DNA of 64,000 bases from Myxococcota bacterium (GTDB lineage: Bacteria; Myxococcota_A; UBA9160; UBA6930). Positions within the stretch are counted from its first letter, which is position 1, and the number at the start of each line of letters is the position of its first letter. The DNA is taken from the NCBI GenBank assembly GCA_965223415.1, contig OZ245002.1, positions 1,280,001 to 1,344,000 on the forward strand, given 5' to 3'. Positions 9,092 through 17,910 of the stretch are shown piece after piece. The position numbers were made by a program, and so were the translations under genes. Under the pieces are notes generated by a model. The model worked only from the letters and a program-made list of their open reading frames with translations. It searched no databases and was not told where the DNA came from.

Positions 9092-10348
9092 TCAGCCGAG
9101 CTCGCGATAGGACCGATCCGAATGCCCCTCACCGCAGCCCTCCGGGTCGCCTCCGTCCTCCTCGTTGGCGTCTTCCTCTTCGAGCGCTACGGCCGCGAGA
9201 CGGACATGATCGCTCCCCTCGTCTTCGCGGTCCTCCTGGCCGCGCTGTCCCTGGGTGTGGGTCGCTGGCCTCGTGCCGTGGCCGGAACGGCGTTGGCGAT
9301 TTCCGCGTCTTCGATTCTCGTGGGAATCGCCATGTGGTGGAACGGGGCCCTGCCCTGGTTCGCGCCCGTATTCGACATCGCCGTCTTCGGCACGGTCGGC
9401 TGGCTTGCGATGCGGGAGCTCGGAGCGGCGCCGTAGCCTGCCTGCACCGGGCCTGCGGGCGCGCCGCCCTGGCGGGCCCGCCGAAGGCGGGCCCGCTGAG
9501 AGCCCGGACTCACTCGCCGGATCCCCCGCGATGCGCGTGTGGTGCATCACGCGAGGCAGACCCGGATCGTAGGGCCGCGCCCGGTGCAGCACGCAGCGGT
9601 TGTCCCAGATCGCCAGGTCGCCGGGCGCCCAGCGGTGCGACCACACCCGCGGCGGGAGGCAGGCGGAGTCCAGGAGCTCGTCGAGGAGGGCCTCGGACTC
9701 CTCCGGCGCGAGGCCGCGAATGCCGTACGCGTGGCGCCCGATGAAGAGCGCCGGCCGTCCCGTTTCCGGGTGCACCTTCACGAGGGGACGAAGCGGCGCT
9801 TCATCCTGGTCCAGGCCGTAGCGATACACCCCGGGCTCGGCCCCGTAGCCCGCCCTGGCCTGGGAGTACTTGAGGGAGTGGCGGGCGGCGAGGTCGGCGA
9901 TGCGCTCGCGCATCGCCGGATCGAGCGCCTCGTAGGCCGCGCGCATGTCCGCCCACTCGGTCTCGCCGCCCTCCTCCGTCACCACCTCGGCGGCGAGCAG
10001 CGAGGCCTTGGCGGCTACCGGCATGTAGGAGCTGTCCGTGTGCCAGCCCTCGTTGCCGAGCAGGATCTGCTTCACCGGATCGTCGTCGTCCCGCAGGCTG
10101 CCGTCGGCCCGCTGGTTGCTGATGGCGACGCGACCGGTCGCGGCGACGAGCGGGTCCAGCGGGCCGAAGCGGAGGCCGAACGCCACCTGCCCGTCGTGGC
10201 TGGGATGCTGGCCGGGGAAGATCAGCAGCGCGTGCTCGAGGAAGGCCGCCTCGAGGATCCGGAAGTCGGCCTCGCCCAGGGCGTCCAGGCGCGCTCCGGT
10301 CACGAAGGCGCCGAGGGTGGCGCCGGTCGGCTTCACCTCGCAGGCCAT
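9092..10348 (-). CDS. TauD/TfdA family Fe(II)/2-oxoglutarate dioxygenase with anomalous C-terminal run-on
   Basis: WHTDSSY, GGETEWADMRAAY, HPETGR, IWDNRCVLHRA. Homology-like sequence ends at ~9500 but the frame stays open to 9092. Confidence 0.85.
   Translation of the reverse strand: MACEVKPTGATLGAFVTGARLDALGEADFRILEAAFLEHALLIFPGQHPSHDGQVAFGLRFGPLDPLVAATGRVAISNQRADGSLRDDDDPVKQILLGNEGWHTDSSYMPVAAKASLLAAEVVTEEGGETEWADMRAAYEALDPAMRERIADLAARHSLKYSQARAGYGAEPGVYRYGLDQDEAPLRPLVKVHPETGRPALFIGRHAYGIRGLAPEESEALLDELLDSACLPPRVWSHRWAPGDLAIWDNRCVLHRARPYDPGLPRVMHHTRIAGDPASESGLSAGPPSAGPPGRRARRPGAGRLRRRSELPHRKPADRAEDGDVEYGREPGQGPVPPHGDSHENRRRGNRQRRSGHGTRPATHTQGQRGQEDREDEGSDHVRLAAVALEEEDANEEDGGDPEGCGEGHSDRSYRELG
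9122..9436 (+). CDS. Small 4-TM hypothetical membrane protein
   Basis: 104 aa, strongly hydrophobic, codon usage looks coding. It lies antisense to the tail of the TauD ORF. Confidence 0.55.
   Translation: MPLTAALRVASVLLVGVFLFERYGRETDMIAPLVFAVLLAALSLGVGRWPRAVAGTALAISASSILVGIAMWWNGALPWFAPVFDIAVFGTVGWLAMRELGAAP
9472..9496. repeat. Perfect 11-bp GC hairpin (GCGGGCCCGCC-GAA-GGCGGGCCCGC); terminator- or REP-like
   Basis: Inverted repeat seen directly between convergent genes; no U-tract. Confidence 0.5.
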
Positions 10349-10391
10349 GCCTCTCGTGGTAGCTCGGCGGCGGAGCTGGCACAATCGGGCC

Positions 10392-10832
10392 ATGCGCACT
10401 CCCCAGTTCCTCCTGGCCCTTTCCGTCACCGCCCTCTGTGCCTGCGGCGGACCGCTGCCCTTCCTCTCGGGCGGCGCCCTCGACGGGCCGGTAAAGCCGG
10501 CGCCCGAGGGCTTCGGCTTCGCCCGAGACGCCGGAACGGTGCAGCTCGAGACCCGGCCCGAGGACCCGTACTCGGTGAACATCGCCTGCGCGATCGTCGA
10601 CGACCGGCTCTACGTCTCCGCCGGCGACAACAAGGCGGCCTGGGTCGAGCACATGGAGGCGGACCCTCGCGTGCGTCTGCGCGTCCGCGGCGAGATCTAC
10701 GAGCTCCGGGCGAGCCGCGTGACCGACGAGGCCGAGATGCGCGCGTTCGCCGACGAATGGACGAAGAACGCCTGGGCCCGCGATCCGACTACCCTCGAGG
10801 TGGCCTGGGTCTATCGGCTCGAGGCTCGCTAG
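10392..10832 (+). CDS. Lipoprotein, split beta-barrel (DUF2255/nitroreductase-like)
   Basis: Signal peptide with LCAC lipobox; VQLETRPEDPYSVN...LYV...W...DPRVRLR. Confidence 0.6.
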   Translation: MRTPQFLLALSVTALCACGGPLPFLSGGALDGPVKPAPEGFGFARDAGTVQLETRPEDPYSVNIACAIVDDRLYVSAGDNKAAWVEHMEADPRVRLRVRGEIYELRASRVTDEAEMRAFADEWTKNAWARDPTTLEVAWVYRLEAR

Positions 10833-10863
10833 GGCGCGCCCCGATCGGGCCTGGAGCCGGCCG

Positions 10864-12072
10864 TTAGTCCTCGCCGAGGTACCCCGGCTCCTGCGAGACC
10901 GTGGTGTGGGTCTTGCTGCGCACCGCGCCGAGCTTCTTGCGGCCTCGATCCGCAGCCTCCGGATCGACCGGACGCTGGGCAAAGCCGGTGTAGAGCACCT
11001 TGCGCGTGCGGGTCACCGGCGGCTGGGCCATGTGAAGCGTGCAGCTCAGGTGGACGGTGACGTCGCCGGTAGCGGTCGGCAGATCGAGGGGAGCGAGATC
11101 GAGGCCGGGTTGGAGGCACGGGGAGGGCCACACGAGCGCCCGGTGGCTGCCGGGCACGACCCGCAGCTGGCCGGATTCAGAGTCGGCGCCGGTGACGGAG
11201 ATGCCGACGGTGAGGGAGCAGCACTCGTAGGAGTGGCGGCCCAAGCTGCAGTCCTTGTGCCACGGGACGTCCGAGATGCCCTTCACCACGCCGATCGGCT
11301 TGATGAGGGCTCCGACCCGTTGGCCAGGCGCGCGGCGGTGCTCGTGGTCGAGGCCGGGGATGCGGCCGATGCGCAGGAAGCGGTCCTCGTCGATCAGCTC
11401 CCGTGCGGCGGGCGAGTAGCGCTCGAAGCCCTCCATGCGCACCAGCTGCTCGCTGCCGTCCTTCGTGGTGGCGAACCACGCGCGCGGGTCTCCCTTCTCG
11501 AAGTGGGGCTCGGCCACGGCGTAGTCGGCGGCCACCGCGGCCATCTCCTCCGCGCTGAAGAGGCCGTGGATGTGAAGGTAGCCCGCTTCTTCCAGGTAGG
11601 CGCGCATCTCTTCGTCGGAATCGTCGGGCGTGAAGCTTCGCGGAACCGGGGCGTCGACCCTCACGTCGCCCCGGGCGTGGATGCGCCGGCCGTCGAGGGC
11701 CGCCCGCAGGACCAACCACCAGTTCAGGAAGTCTGGCAGGCCGCCCTCGGGCATGTCGAGGACGGCGTTGCTCATGAAGGCGATCGGCGTGGCCTGGTCG
11801 TTCACGATGTCGGCGAGCTGCTCGCCGCTGAGGCGCGCGCGGGCCGCACCGCTGGGGCCCGGAGAGACGTTCACCCGGTCTTCCCTCCAACCGAGCGTCC
11901 AGGGCTCTCCTTCGGTCTCGATGCACAGGTCCCGGAGCGCAAGCTCGCGGGCGCCCGGTGCGATCTTCGACTGGTGCGCGTCCAGGAGCGACGGGAGCGT
12001 GTCGCGGAAGAAGACGCCGGCGTCGACCCGGGCCTGCTCGGTGTCGACGCGGCTGCGGAAATCGACGGACAT
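10864..12072 (-). CDS. Phytanoyl-CoA dioxygenase (PhyH) family protein with N-terminal SCP2-like extension
   Basis: EAGYLHIHGLFS, WHKD (HxD), GQLRVVPGSH, GDVTVH...TLH; about 140-aa N-terminal extension. Confidence 0.8.
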   Translation of the reverse strand: MSVDFRSRVDTEQARVDAGVFFRDTLPSLLDAHQSKIAPGARELALRDLCIETEGEPWTLGWREDRVNVSPGPSGAARARLSGEQLADIVNDQATPIAFMSNAVLDMPEGGLPDFLNWWLVLRAALDGRRIHARGDVRVDAPVPRSFTPDDSDEEMRAYLEEAGYLHIHGLFSAEEMAAVAADYAVAEPHFEKGDPRAWFATTKDGSEQLVRMEGFERYSPAARELIDEDRFLRIGRIPGLDHEHRRAPGQRVGALIKPIGVVKGISDVPWHKDCSLGRHSYECCSLTVGISVTGADSESGQLRVVPGSHRALVWPSPCLQPGLDLAPLDLPTATGDVTVHLSCTLHMAQPPVTRTRKVLYTGFAQRPVDPEAADRGRKKLGAVRSKTHTTVSQEPGYLGED

Positions 12073-12081
12073 GACAGGATC

Positions 12082-12936
12082 CTAGACCAGCGAGGCCAGG
12101 GCGCGCCCGGTGGCCTCCCGGTAGCCACCGCCGAACTTGATGGCGTGTACGACCAGAGGCGCGAGCTGGTGGAGCGGGACGCGCTCGGGCCAGCCCGGCG
12201 CCAGGGGCCAGGCTTCCTCGTAGGCGTGGAAGCACGCGTCCCCGAAGCCGCCGAAGAGCCGCATCATCGCCAGGTCGAACTCCCGGTGCCCGCCGTGGGC
12301 GGCGGGGTCGATGAGCCAGCTCGCGCCGCCGGCCCCGACCAGGCGGTTGCCCGCCCAGAGGTCGCCGTGAAGGCGCGCGGGCGGCTCCGGGGGACCACCG
12401 AGCTCGGGCAGCCGGCGAGCCACCTGCTCGAGGACGCGGACCGAGGCCGCCGGCAGCGCGCCGCCATCGGCGGCGAGGCGTGCGAGCGGCAACAGGCGGC
12501 TCTCGGCGTAGAAGGTGGCCCAGGTCTCGGCGGGCTCGTTCGGCAGCTTGCGGCTCCCGGTGGTGCGACGGTCCTCGCGCCCGAAGCAGGGCGCGCCGCT
12601 CTGGTGGAGGGCCGCAAGCGCACGACCGAAGTCGCCCTCGGTGCGGGCGGCGGGCCGCCCCGTCTCGATCCACTCGAGCAGCAACGCCGCCGGCTCGTCG
12701 CTCACCGCGAGGACCTCGGGAACCGGCACCGCGCCGGCCTCGCGAAGCCAGGCGAGCCCCGCGGCCTCGGTGGTGAAGAAGCCTCGGGGCGCGCGCAAGT
12801 GTGTCTTGGCAAAGACGACGGTGCCGTCGGCGAGTACCGCGCGGTAGGACTCGGCGACGTCGCCGCCGCCGAGGGGCGCCATCTCCTCCACGTCCTGGGA
12901 GAGCACCTCCACCAGGAAGGCGCGCAGCGGGTTCAT
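12082..12936 (-). CDS. Fructosamine/ketosamine-3-kinase family protein
   Basis: LGGGD, EAAGLAWL, LHGDLWAGN, LIDPAAHGGHREFDLAM. Confidence 0.9.
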   Translation of the reverse strand: MNPLRAFLVEVLSQDVEEMAPLGGGDVAESYRAVLADGTVVFAKTHLRAPRGFFTTEAAGLAWLREAGAVPVPEVLAVSDEPAALLLEWIETGRPAARTEGDFGRALAALHQSGAPCFGREDRRTTGSRKLPNEPAETWATFYAESRLLPLARLAADGGALPAASVRVLEQVARRLPELGGPPEPPARLHGDLWAGNRLVGAGGASWLIDPAAHGGHREFDLAMMRLFGGFGDACFHAYEEAWPLAPGWPERVPLHQLAPLVVHAIKFGGGYREATGRALASLV

Positions 12937-12961
12937 GCGAGCCGGCGGGCGGACGAGTCCG

Positions 12962-13432
12962 TCACGGGCGCTCCCGCGTGAGACGGAAGACCTTGATGTT
13001 CCGGTCAGTGCGCTGCTCGTAGACGCGCATCATCGGGATCGCCTGGTAGACGGCGTCCCACACCTCCTCCTTCTCTTCGCCGCTGAGCACGCGCGCCCGG
13101 GCCAGGAAGCGCTCCCCGGGCATCTGCACCTCCACCGTCGGATGGGCCTCGAGGTTGTAGCTCCATGCCGGATGGCGTTCCTGGCCCATGGCGCTCGCGA
13201 CCACCAGCCAGTCGTCCTCGTGAGGAAGCGCGGCCAGGTGCACGAGACGCGGCTGGCCGCTGCGAGCGCCGATCGTGGTGATCGTGACCATCGGCATGCT
13301 GCCGCCGCCCATCGAGAAGAGGCGGCCGCCCGTCGCTCGGAAGAGCCACGGGTCGATGCGCGATGCCACCTTCCGGATCCACCAGGTCGTCATCGGGTTG
13401 GTGACCAGCCAGACGAAGAAGCGCTCGCCCAT
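12962..13432 (-). CDS. Deazaflavin (F420)-dependent nitroreductase (Ddn/FDOR-A family)
   Basis: TTIGARSGQPR, VVASAMG...HPAWSYNLEAHP, YEQRTDRNIKVFRL. Confidence 0.85.
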   Translation of the reverse strand: MGERFFVWLVTNPMTTWWIRKVASRIDPWLFRATGGRLFSMGGGSMPMVTITTIGARSGQPRLVHLAALPHEDDWLVVASAMGQERHPAWSYNLEAHPTVEVQMPGERFLARARVLSGEEKEEVWDAVYQAIPMMRVYEQRTDRNIKVFRLTRERP

Positions 13433-14529
13433 CAGTCGAAGACGATGACCTGCCGGGCCACCTCACTCTCGCGCATGCGGTCGAAGGCCTCGTTCACGTC
13501 ATCCAGGGGAATGCGCGCGGAGATCATCTCGTCCAGGTGCAGGCGGCCGTCCAGGTAGAAGTCGACGTAGCTGGGCATGTCGAAGCGGAAGCGGTTCGAG
13601 CCCATATAGGAGCCCGCGATCGTCTTCTCCTGCATCAGCAGGTCCGCCGGGGAGATCGGAACCGTCTCCGTCACCGGGACCAGCCCGACCACCACGGTGG
13701 TTCCGCCGCGGCCCGTCATGGCCACGGCCTGTCCGACGGTGGCGGCGAGGCCGATGCACTCGAAGGCGAAGTCGACGCCTCCTCCGGTCAGCTCCTGGAC
13801 GGCGGCGACGGGATCGTCGCTGCCGGCGTCGATGCAATCGGTGGCGCCGAGCTTCCGGGCGAGATCGAGCTTCCACGCCTGGGTGTCGATGGCGAGGATC
13901 CGGCCCGCGCCGACGATCCGAGCCCCCTGGAGGGCCGCGAGCCCGACACCGCCGAGGCCGATGATCGCCACCGTCGCGCCGGCGGGGATGCTCACGGTTC
14001 GGAGCGCGGCACCGATGCCCGTGGTGACACCGCAGCCGATCAGGCAGGCGCGATCGAGGGGCATGTCGTCGCGGATCTTCACCAGCGCCCGCTCCGGACA
14101 CAGCATCTGCTCGGCGAAGGACGACAGGTTGCCGAACTGCAGGATCGGCTGCCCGTCCGCGCCCACCAGACGGGGCTCCCGGGGCTTCGCCCCCGCCGGG
14201 CCCCCGGTGTACTGGGTGGGACAGAGGTAGGGCCGGCCCTCGGTGCAGAAGCGGCACTCGCCGCACCACACGGTGGTGCAGCCGATCACGTGGTCGCCGG
14301 GAGCGAAGCCGCTGACGCCCTGCCCCACCGCCTCCACGACGCCGGCGGGCTCGTGGCCCAGGATGGCGGGCGCCGGGAACGGCACGCCGCCTTCCAGGAT
14401 GGTGAGATCGCTGTGGCAGATGCCGGAGGCCGCGGTCCGCAGCAGCACCTCTCCCGGGCCCGGGTCGTCGATCCGGACGTCTTCGATCTCGAGGGGCGCA
14501 CCAGTCGCACGCATCACTGCGGCCTTCAT
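13432..14529 (-). CDS. Zn-dependent alcohol dehydrogenase (class III-like MDR)
   Basis: GICHSD, GHEPAG, CGECRFC...C, GCGVTTG, GLGGVG. Confidence 0.93.
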   Translation of the reverse strand: MKAAVMRATGAPLEIEDVRIDDPGPGEVLLRTAASGICHSDLTILEGGVPFPAPAILGHEPAGVVEAVGQGVSGFAPGDHVIGCTTVWCGECRFCTEGRPYLCPTQYTGGPAGAKPREPRLVGADGQPILQFGNLSSFAEQMLCPERALVKIRDDMPLDRACLIGCGVTTGIGAALRTVSIPAGATVAIIGLGGVGLAALQGARIVGAGRILAIDTQAWKLDLARKLGATDCIDAGSDDPVAAVQELTGGGVDFAFECIGLAATVGQAVAMTGRGGTTVVVGLVPVTETVPISPADLLMQEKTIAGSYMGSNRFRFDMPSYVDFYLDGRLHLDEMISARIPLDDVNEAFDRMRESEVARQVIVFD

Positions 14530-14637
14530 GGCGGAGCTCCTTGCTGGTCCGTTTGATAATCCAGCGCCGACGGCATCGCCAATCGAGCTTGAACGACGTC
14601 ACTCGCCGCGCCATGCTGGCCCCCGAAGGAGCCAGCG

Positions 14638-15420
14638 ATGGGTCGATTGGACGGAAAGGTCGCCCTGATCAGCGGAGGCGCCCGTGGCATGGGCCGGGCC
14701 GAGGCGAAGCTCTTCGCCGCCGAGGGCGCGAAGGTCGCGGTCTGCGACGTCCAGGACGGCGAGGGCAAGGCCCTGGCCGAGGAGATCGGCGCGAGCGCGA
14801 TCTACCATCCTCTCGACGTGGCCCGCGAGGACGAATGGGGAGCGGCGGTGGTTGCCACCACCCGCGCCTTCGGCAAGCTCGACGTGCTCGTGAACAACGC
14901 GGGCATCGCCGAATACGCACCCATCGCCGAGATGAGCCTGGAGAGCTACCGGCGCGTCACCGAGGTGAACCAGACCGGGGTCTTCCTCGGCATGAAGGCG
15001 GTGATCGAAGCGATGACCGCGGCCGGCGGCGGCTCCATCCTGAACGTCTCCTCCATCGACGGCATGATCGGGATGGCCAACCTCGCCTCCTACGTGGCGA
15101 GCAAGTGGGCCGTACGCGGGATGACCAAGGTCGCCGCCCTCGAGCTGGCACCCATGGGCATCCGGGTGAACTCGATCCACCCGGGCTTCATCCTCACTTC
15201 GATGGGCGTGCCCGACGGCGCGCCCGAAGAGGAGGTCCACGGGGTGATCGGCGCCTACGCCAGTCGCATGGCGCCTCTCGGCCGCGCGGGCGTGCCCGAC
15301 GACATCGCGCGACTCGCCCTCTTCCTCGCCTCGGACGAGAGCGGCTATTCCACCGGCTCCGAATTCGTGGCGGACGGCGGCATGATCGCCGGCTACCCAC
15401 CGCCGGGATCCGAAAGCTAG
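14638..15420 (+). CDS. SDR oxidoreductase (3alpha/20beta-HSD-like)
   Basis: SGGARGMG, NNAG, YVASK, RVNSIHPG. Confidence 0.92.
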   Translation: MGRLDGKVALISGGARGMGRAEAKLFAAEGAKVAVCDVQDGEGKALAEEIGASAIYHPLDVAREDEWGAAVVATTRAFGKLDVLVNNAGIAEYAPIAEMSLESYRRVTEVNQTGVFLGMKAVIEAMTAAGGGSILNVSSIDGMIGMANLASYVASKWAVRGMTKVAALELAPMGIRVNSIHPGFILTSMGVPDGAPEEEVHGVIGAYASRMAPLGRAGVPDDIARLALFLASDESGYSTGSEFVADGGMIAGYPPPGSES

Positions 15421-15435
15421 ACCAGGGAGTCACCC

Positions 15436-16608
15436 ATGACCGAACGTGTCTTCGACAAGTACAAGCCCATCGACACCGACACCCACGTCACCGAGCCCCC
15501 GGACGTCTGGACCTCCCGCGTCTCCAGGGAGCGGTGGGGCGACGCGGTGCCCCACGTGAGGCAGGTCGAAGGCCGGGACGTCTGGTTCATCCGGGACCAG
15601 GGCGTCGGCAGCCCGGGCTTCACCACCATGGCCGGCTTCAACGGCTCGGTGCCCGAAAGCCCAGAGGGCTACCACGACATACTGAAGAGCGCCTACGACC
15701 CGGTCGAGCGTCTCGGGCACATGGACGCGGAGGGCATCCACGCCCAGATCCTCTACCCGAATGTGGGCGGCTTCGGCTCCGGCGGCTTCCTGAAGCTGAA
15801 GGAGCCCGAGCTGATGCTCGAGTGCGTGCGCGCCTACAACGACTTCCTGGTCGAGTGGTGCAGCGCCGATCCGAGCCGGCTCGTCCCGGTTGCCGCAATG
15901 CCCTTCTGGGACGTGAACGAGTGCGTGAGGGAGGTCGAGCGCGCCATCGACATGGGCCACAAGGCGATCCTCGCCTGCTCCCAGCCGGATTTCTGGGGCC
16001 AGCCCACGATCGCGGACCGCTACTGGGACCCCCTCTGGGCGGCCACCCAGGCCGCCGGCGTTCCGATCAGCTTCCACATCGGCGCGGGAGACAACTCCAC
16101 GCTCTTCGACGATCCGGTGGGAATGGGCGTCCGTGCCAGCTTCGCCAAGCAATCGTCGATGATCTTCATGCAGAACGTCACCTGCATCGCCGATCTGATC
16201 TTCGGGGGCGTGTGCCATCGCTTCCCGGATCTCGACTTCGTCTCGGTCGAGAGCGGCGTGGGCTGGCTCCACCCCTATCTGGAGGCAGCGGACTGGCAGT
16301 TCATCAACAGCGAGACCCGCAAGGAACACCCTGAGTACGACCTGCTGCCGAGCGAGTACTTCAAGCGCCAGATCTACGGCTGCTTCTGGTTCGAGTGCGA
16401 CGGACTCCGCTCGGCCCTCGAGGTGCTGCCGGACAACGTCATGTGGGAGACGGACTTCCCGCACCCGACCTGCCAACATCCCGGCCTCGAGGGCGGCCGG
16501 GCCGAGCGCCCCGCCGACTACGCGGAGCGCGCCTTCGAAGGCGTGCGGAAGGAGACGATCCGGAAGGTGCTCCACGGCACGGCCGCGTCCCTGTACGGCA
16601 TCCAATGA
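15436..16608 (+). CDS. Amidohydrolase family protein (Amidohydro_2)
   Basis: IDTDTHVTEP, RAYNDF, FHIG, VESGVGW, WETDFPHP. Confidence 0.9.
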   Translation: MTERVFDKYKPIDTDTHVTEPPDVWTSRVSRERWGDAVPHVRQVEGRDVWFIRDQGVGSPGFTTMAGFNGSVPESPEGYHDILKSAYDPVERLGHMDAEGIHAQILYPNVGGFGSGGFLKLKEPELMLECVRAYNDFLVEWCSADPSRLVPVAAMPFWDVNECVREVERAIDMGHKAILACSQPDFWGQPTIADRYWDPLWAATQAAGVPISFHIGAGDNSTLFDDPVGMGVRASFAKQSSMIFMQNVTCIADLIFGGVCHRFPDLDFVSVESGVGWLHPYLEAADWQFINSETRKEHPEYDLLPSEYFKRQIYGCFWFECDGLRSALEVLPDNVMWETDFPHPTCQHPGLEGGRAERPADYAERAFEGVRKETIRKVLHGTAASLYGIQ

Positions 16609-17801
16609 GCACGATCCCCGACGTCAGCCATCCCGATAGCTTCGAGAAGGGCTTTCCTCACGCGCTCTTCCGGGAGCTCCGCCGCGAGTCGCCGGTGCAC
16701 TGGCACGACGGCGACTATGCGGGCGGACGGGGCTACTGGATCATCAGCCGCTACGAGACCATCAAGGCCATCAGCCGCCAGCCGCTGCTCTTCAGCTCGT
16801 TGGCGGGAACCGGCGTGGAGGACCGAGAGGAAAACTTCGTCTCGATGATCGGGATGGACCCCCCGGACCACCGCAGCTACCGCTCCCTCGTCTCGACCGG
16901 CTTCACCCCCCGGCAGATCGCGGCCCAGGAGCCCCACCACCGCGAGATCGTGAAATCCATCCTCAATGCGGTCGCGGACCGCGGCCAGTGCGACTTCGTG
17001 GTCGACGTGGCGGCGGAGCTTCCCCTGCGCGTGATCGCCGAGCTGCTCGGCGTTCCCCAGTCCGCCTGTCACGACATCTTCGAGTGGAGCAACCGGATGG
17101 TCGGCAGCCAGGACGAGGAGTATGTCGTCGACCTGGGGCAGGCGGCGGCTGCCGCCCAGGAGATGTTCGCCTTCGCCAACGGCCTGGCCGAGGAACGGCT
17201 GGCCCGCCCCCGGGACGACCTGATGAGCGCGATCCTCCACGGCGATGTGGAAGGCCATCGCCTCAGCACCTTCGAGTTCGACACCTTCTTCCTGCTGCTC
17301 GCGGTGGCCGGCAACGAGACCACGCGCAACCTCATCTCCCACGGGCTGCTCCTCCTGCTGGAGCACCCGGAGGCGCTCGAGCGCCTCCGCGAGGACCCGT
17401 CGCTGCTTCCGGGCGCCATCGAGGAGATGCTGCGGTTCCGGTCGCCGGTCATCTACATGCGCCGCACCGCCACGCGAGACACGGAGCTGGCGGGCCAGAC
17501 CATCCGCGAGGGCGACAAGCTCCTGATGTTCTACCCGAGCGCCAACCGCGACGAGGACGTGTTCGAGCAGGCGGACCTCTTCGACATCGAGCGCAGGAAC
17601 AACCACCACCTGGCCTTCGGCATCGGCGAGCACTTCTGCATGGGGACCCACCTCGCCCGCCTCGAGACCCGCGTGATGTTCGAGGGCATCCTCGAGCGCC
17701 TGCACGATCTGGAGCTGGCGGGCCCGGTCTCGTACCTGCGCTCCAACCTGATCGACGGCGTGAAGCACATCCCGCTGAAGTTCGCGGCCAGGAGCGCCTG
17801 A
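16605..17801 (+). CDS. Cytochrome P450 (CYP125/CYP124/CYP142-like)
   Basis: MDPPDH, VAGNETT, EMLR, FGIGEHFCMG heme motif; ATGA overlap with the amidohydrolase. Confidence 0.93.
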   Translation: MSTIPDVSHPDSFEKGFPHALFRELRRESPVHWHDGDYAGGRGYWIISRYETIKAISRQPLLFSSLAGTGVEDREENFVSMIGMDPPDHRSYRSLVSTGFTPRQIAAQEPHHREIVKSILNAVADRGQCDFVVDVAAELPLRVIAELLGVPQSACHDIFEWSNRMVGSQDEEYVVDLGQAAAAAQEMFAFANGLAEERLARPRDDLMSAILHGDVEGHRLSTFEFDTFFLLLAVAGNETTRNLISHGLLLLLEHPEALERLREDPSLLPGAIEEMLRFRSPVIYMRRTATRDTELAGQTIREGDKLLMFYPSANRDEDVFEQADLFDIERRNNHHLAFGIGEHFCMGTHLARLETRVMFEGILERLHDLELAGPVSYLRSNLIDGVKHIPLKFAARSA

Positions 17802-17804
17802 TCC

Positions 17805-17822
17805 CGACCCCGGGAGGGGTCG
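17805..17822 (+). terminator. Possible terminator hairpin CGACCCC-GGGA-GGGGTCG
   Basis: 7-bp stem with a GNRA loop immediately after the P450 stop; lacks a U-tract. Confidence 0.3.
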
Positions 17823-17910
17823 AGATCTCGAGGACGCGCGGCGGGGTGAGAGACCACCGACTCTGAATTGGGGCGCCGTGGTACGCTCGGTGGCGTCACG
17901 AGTGCCGCCC

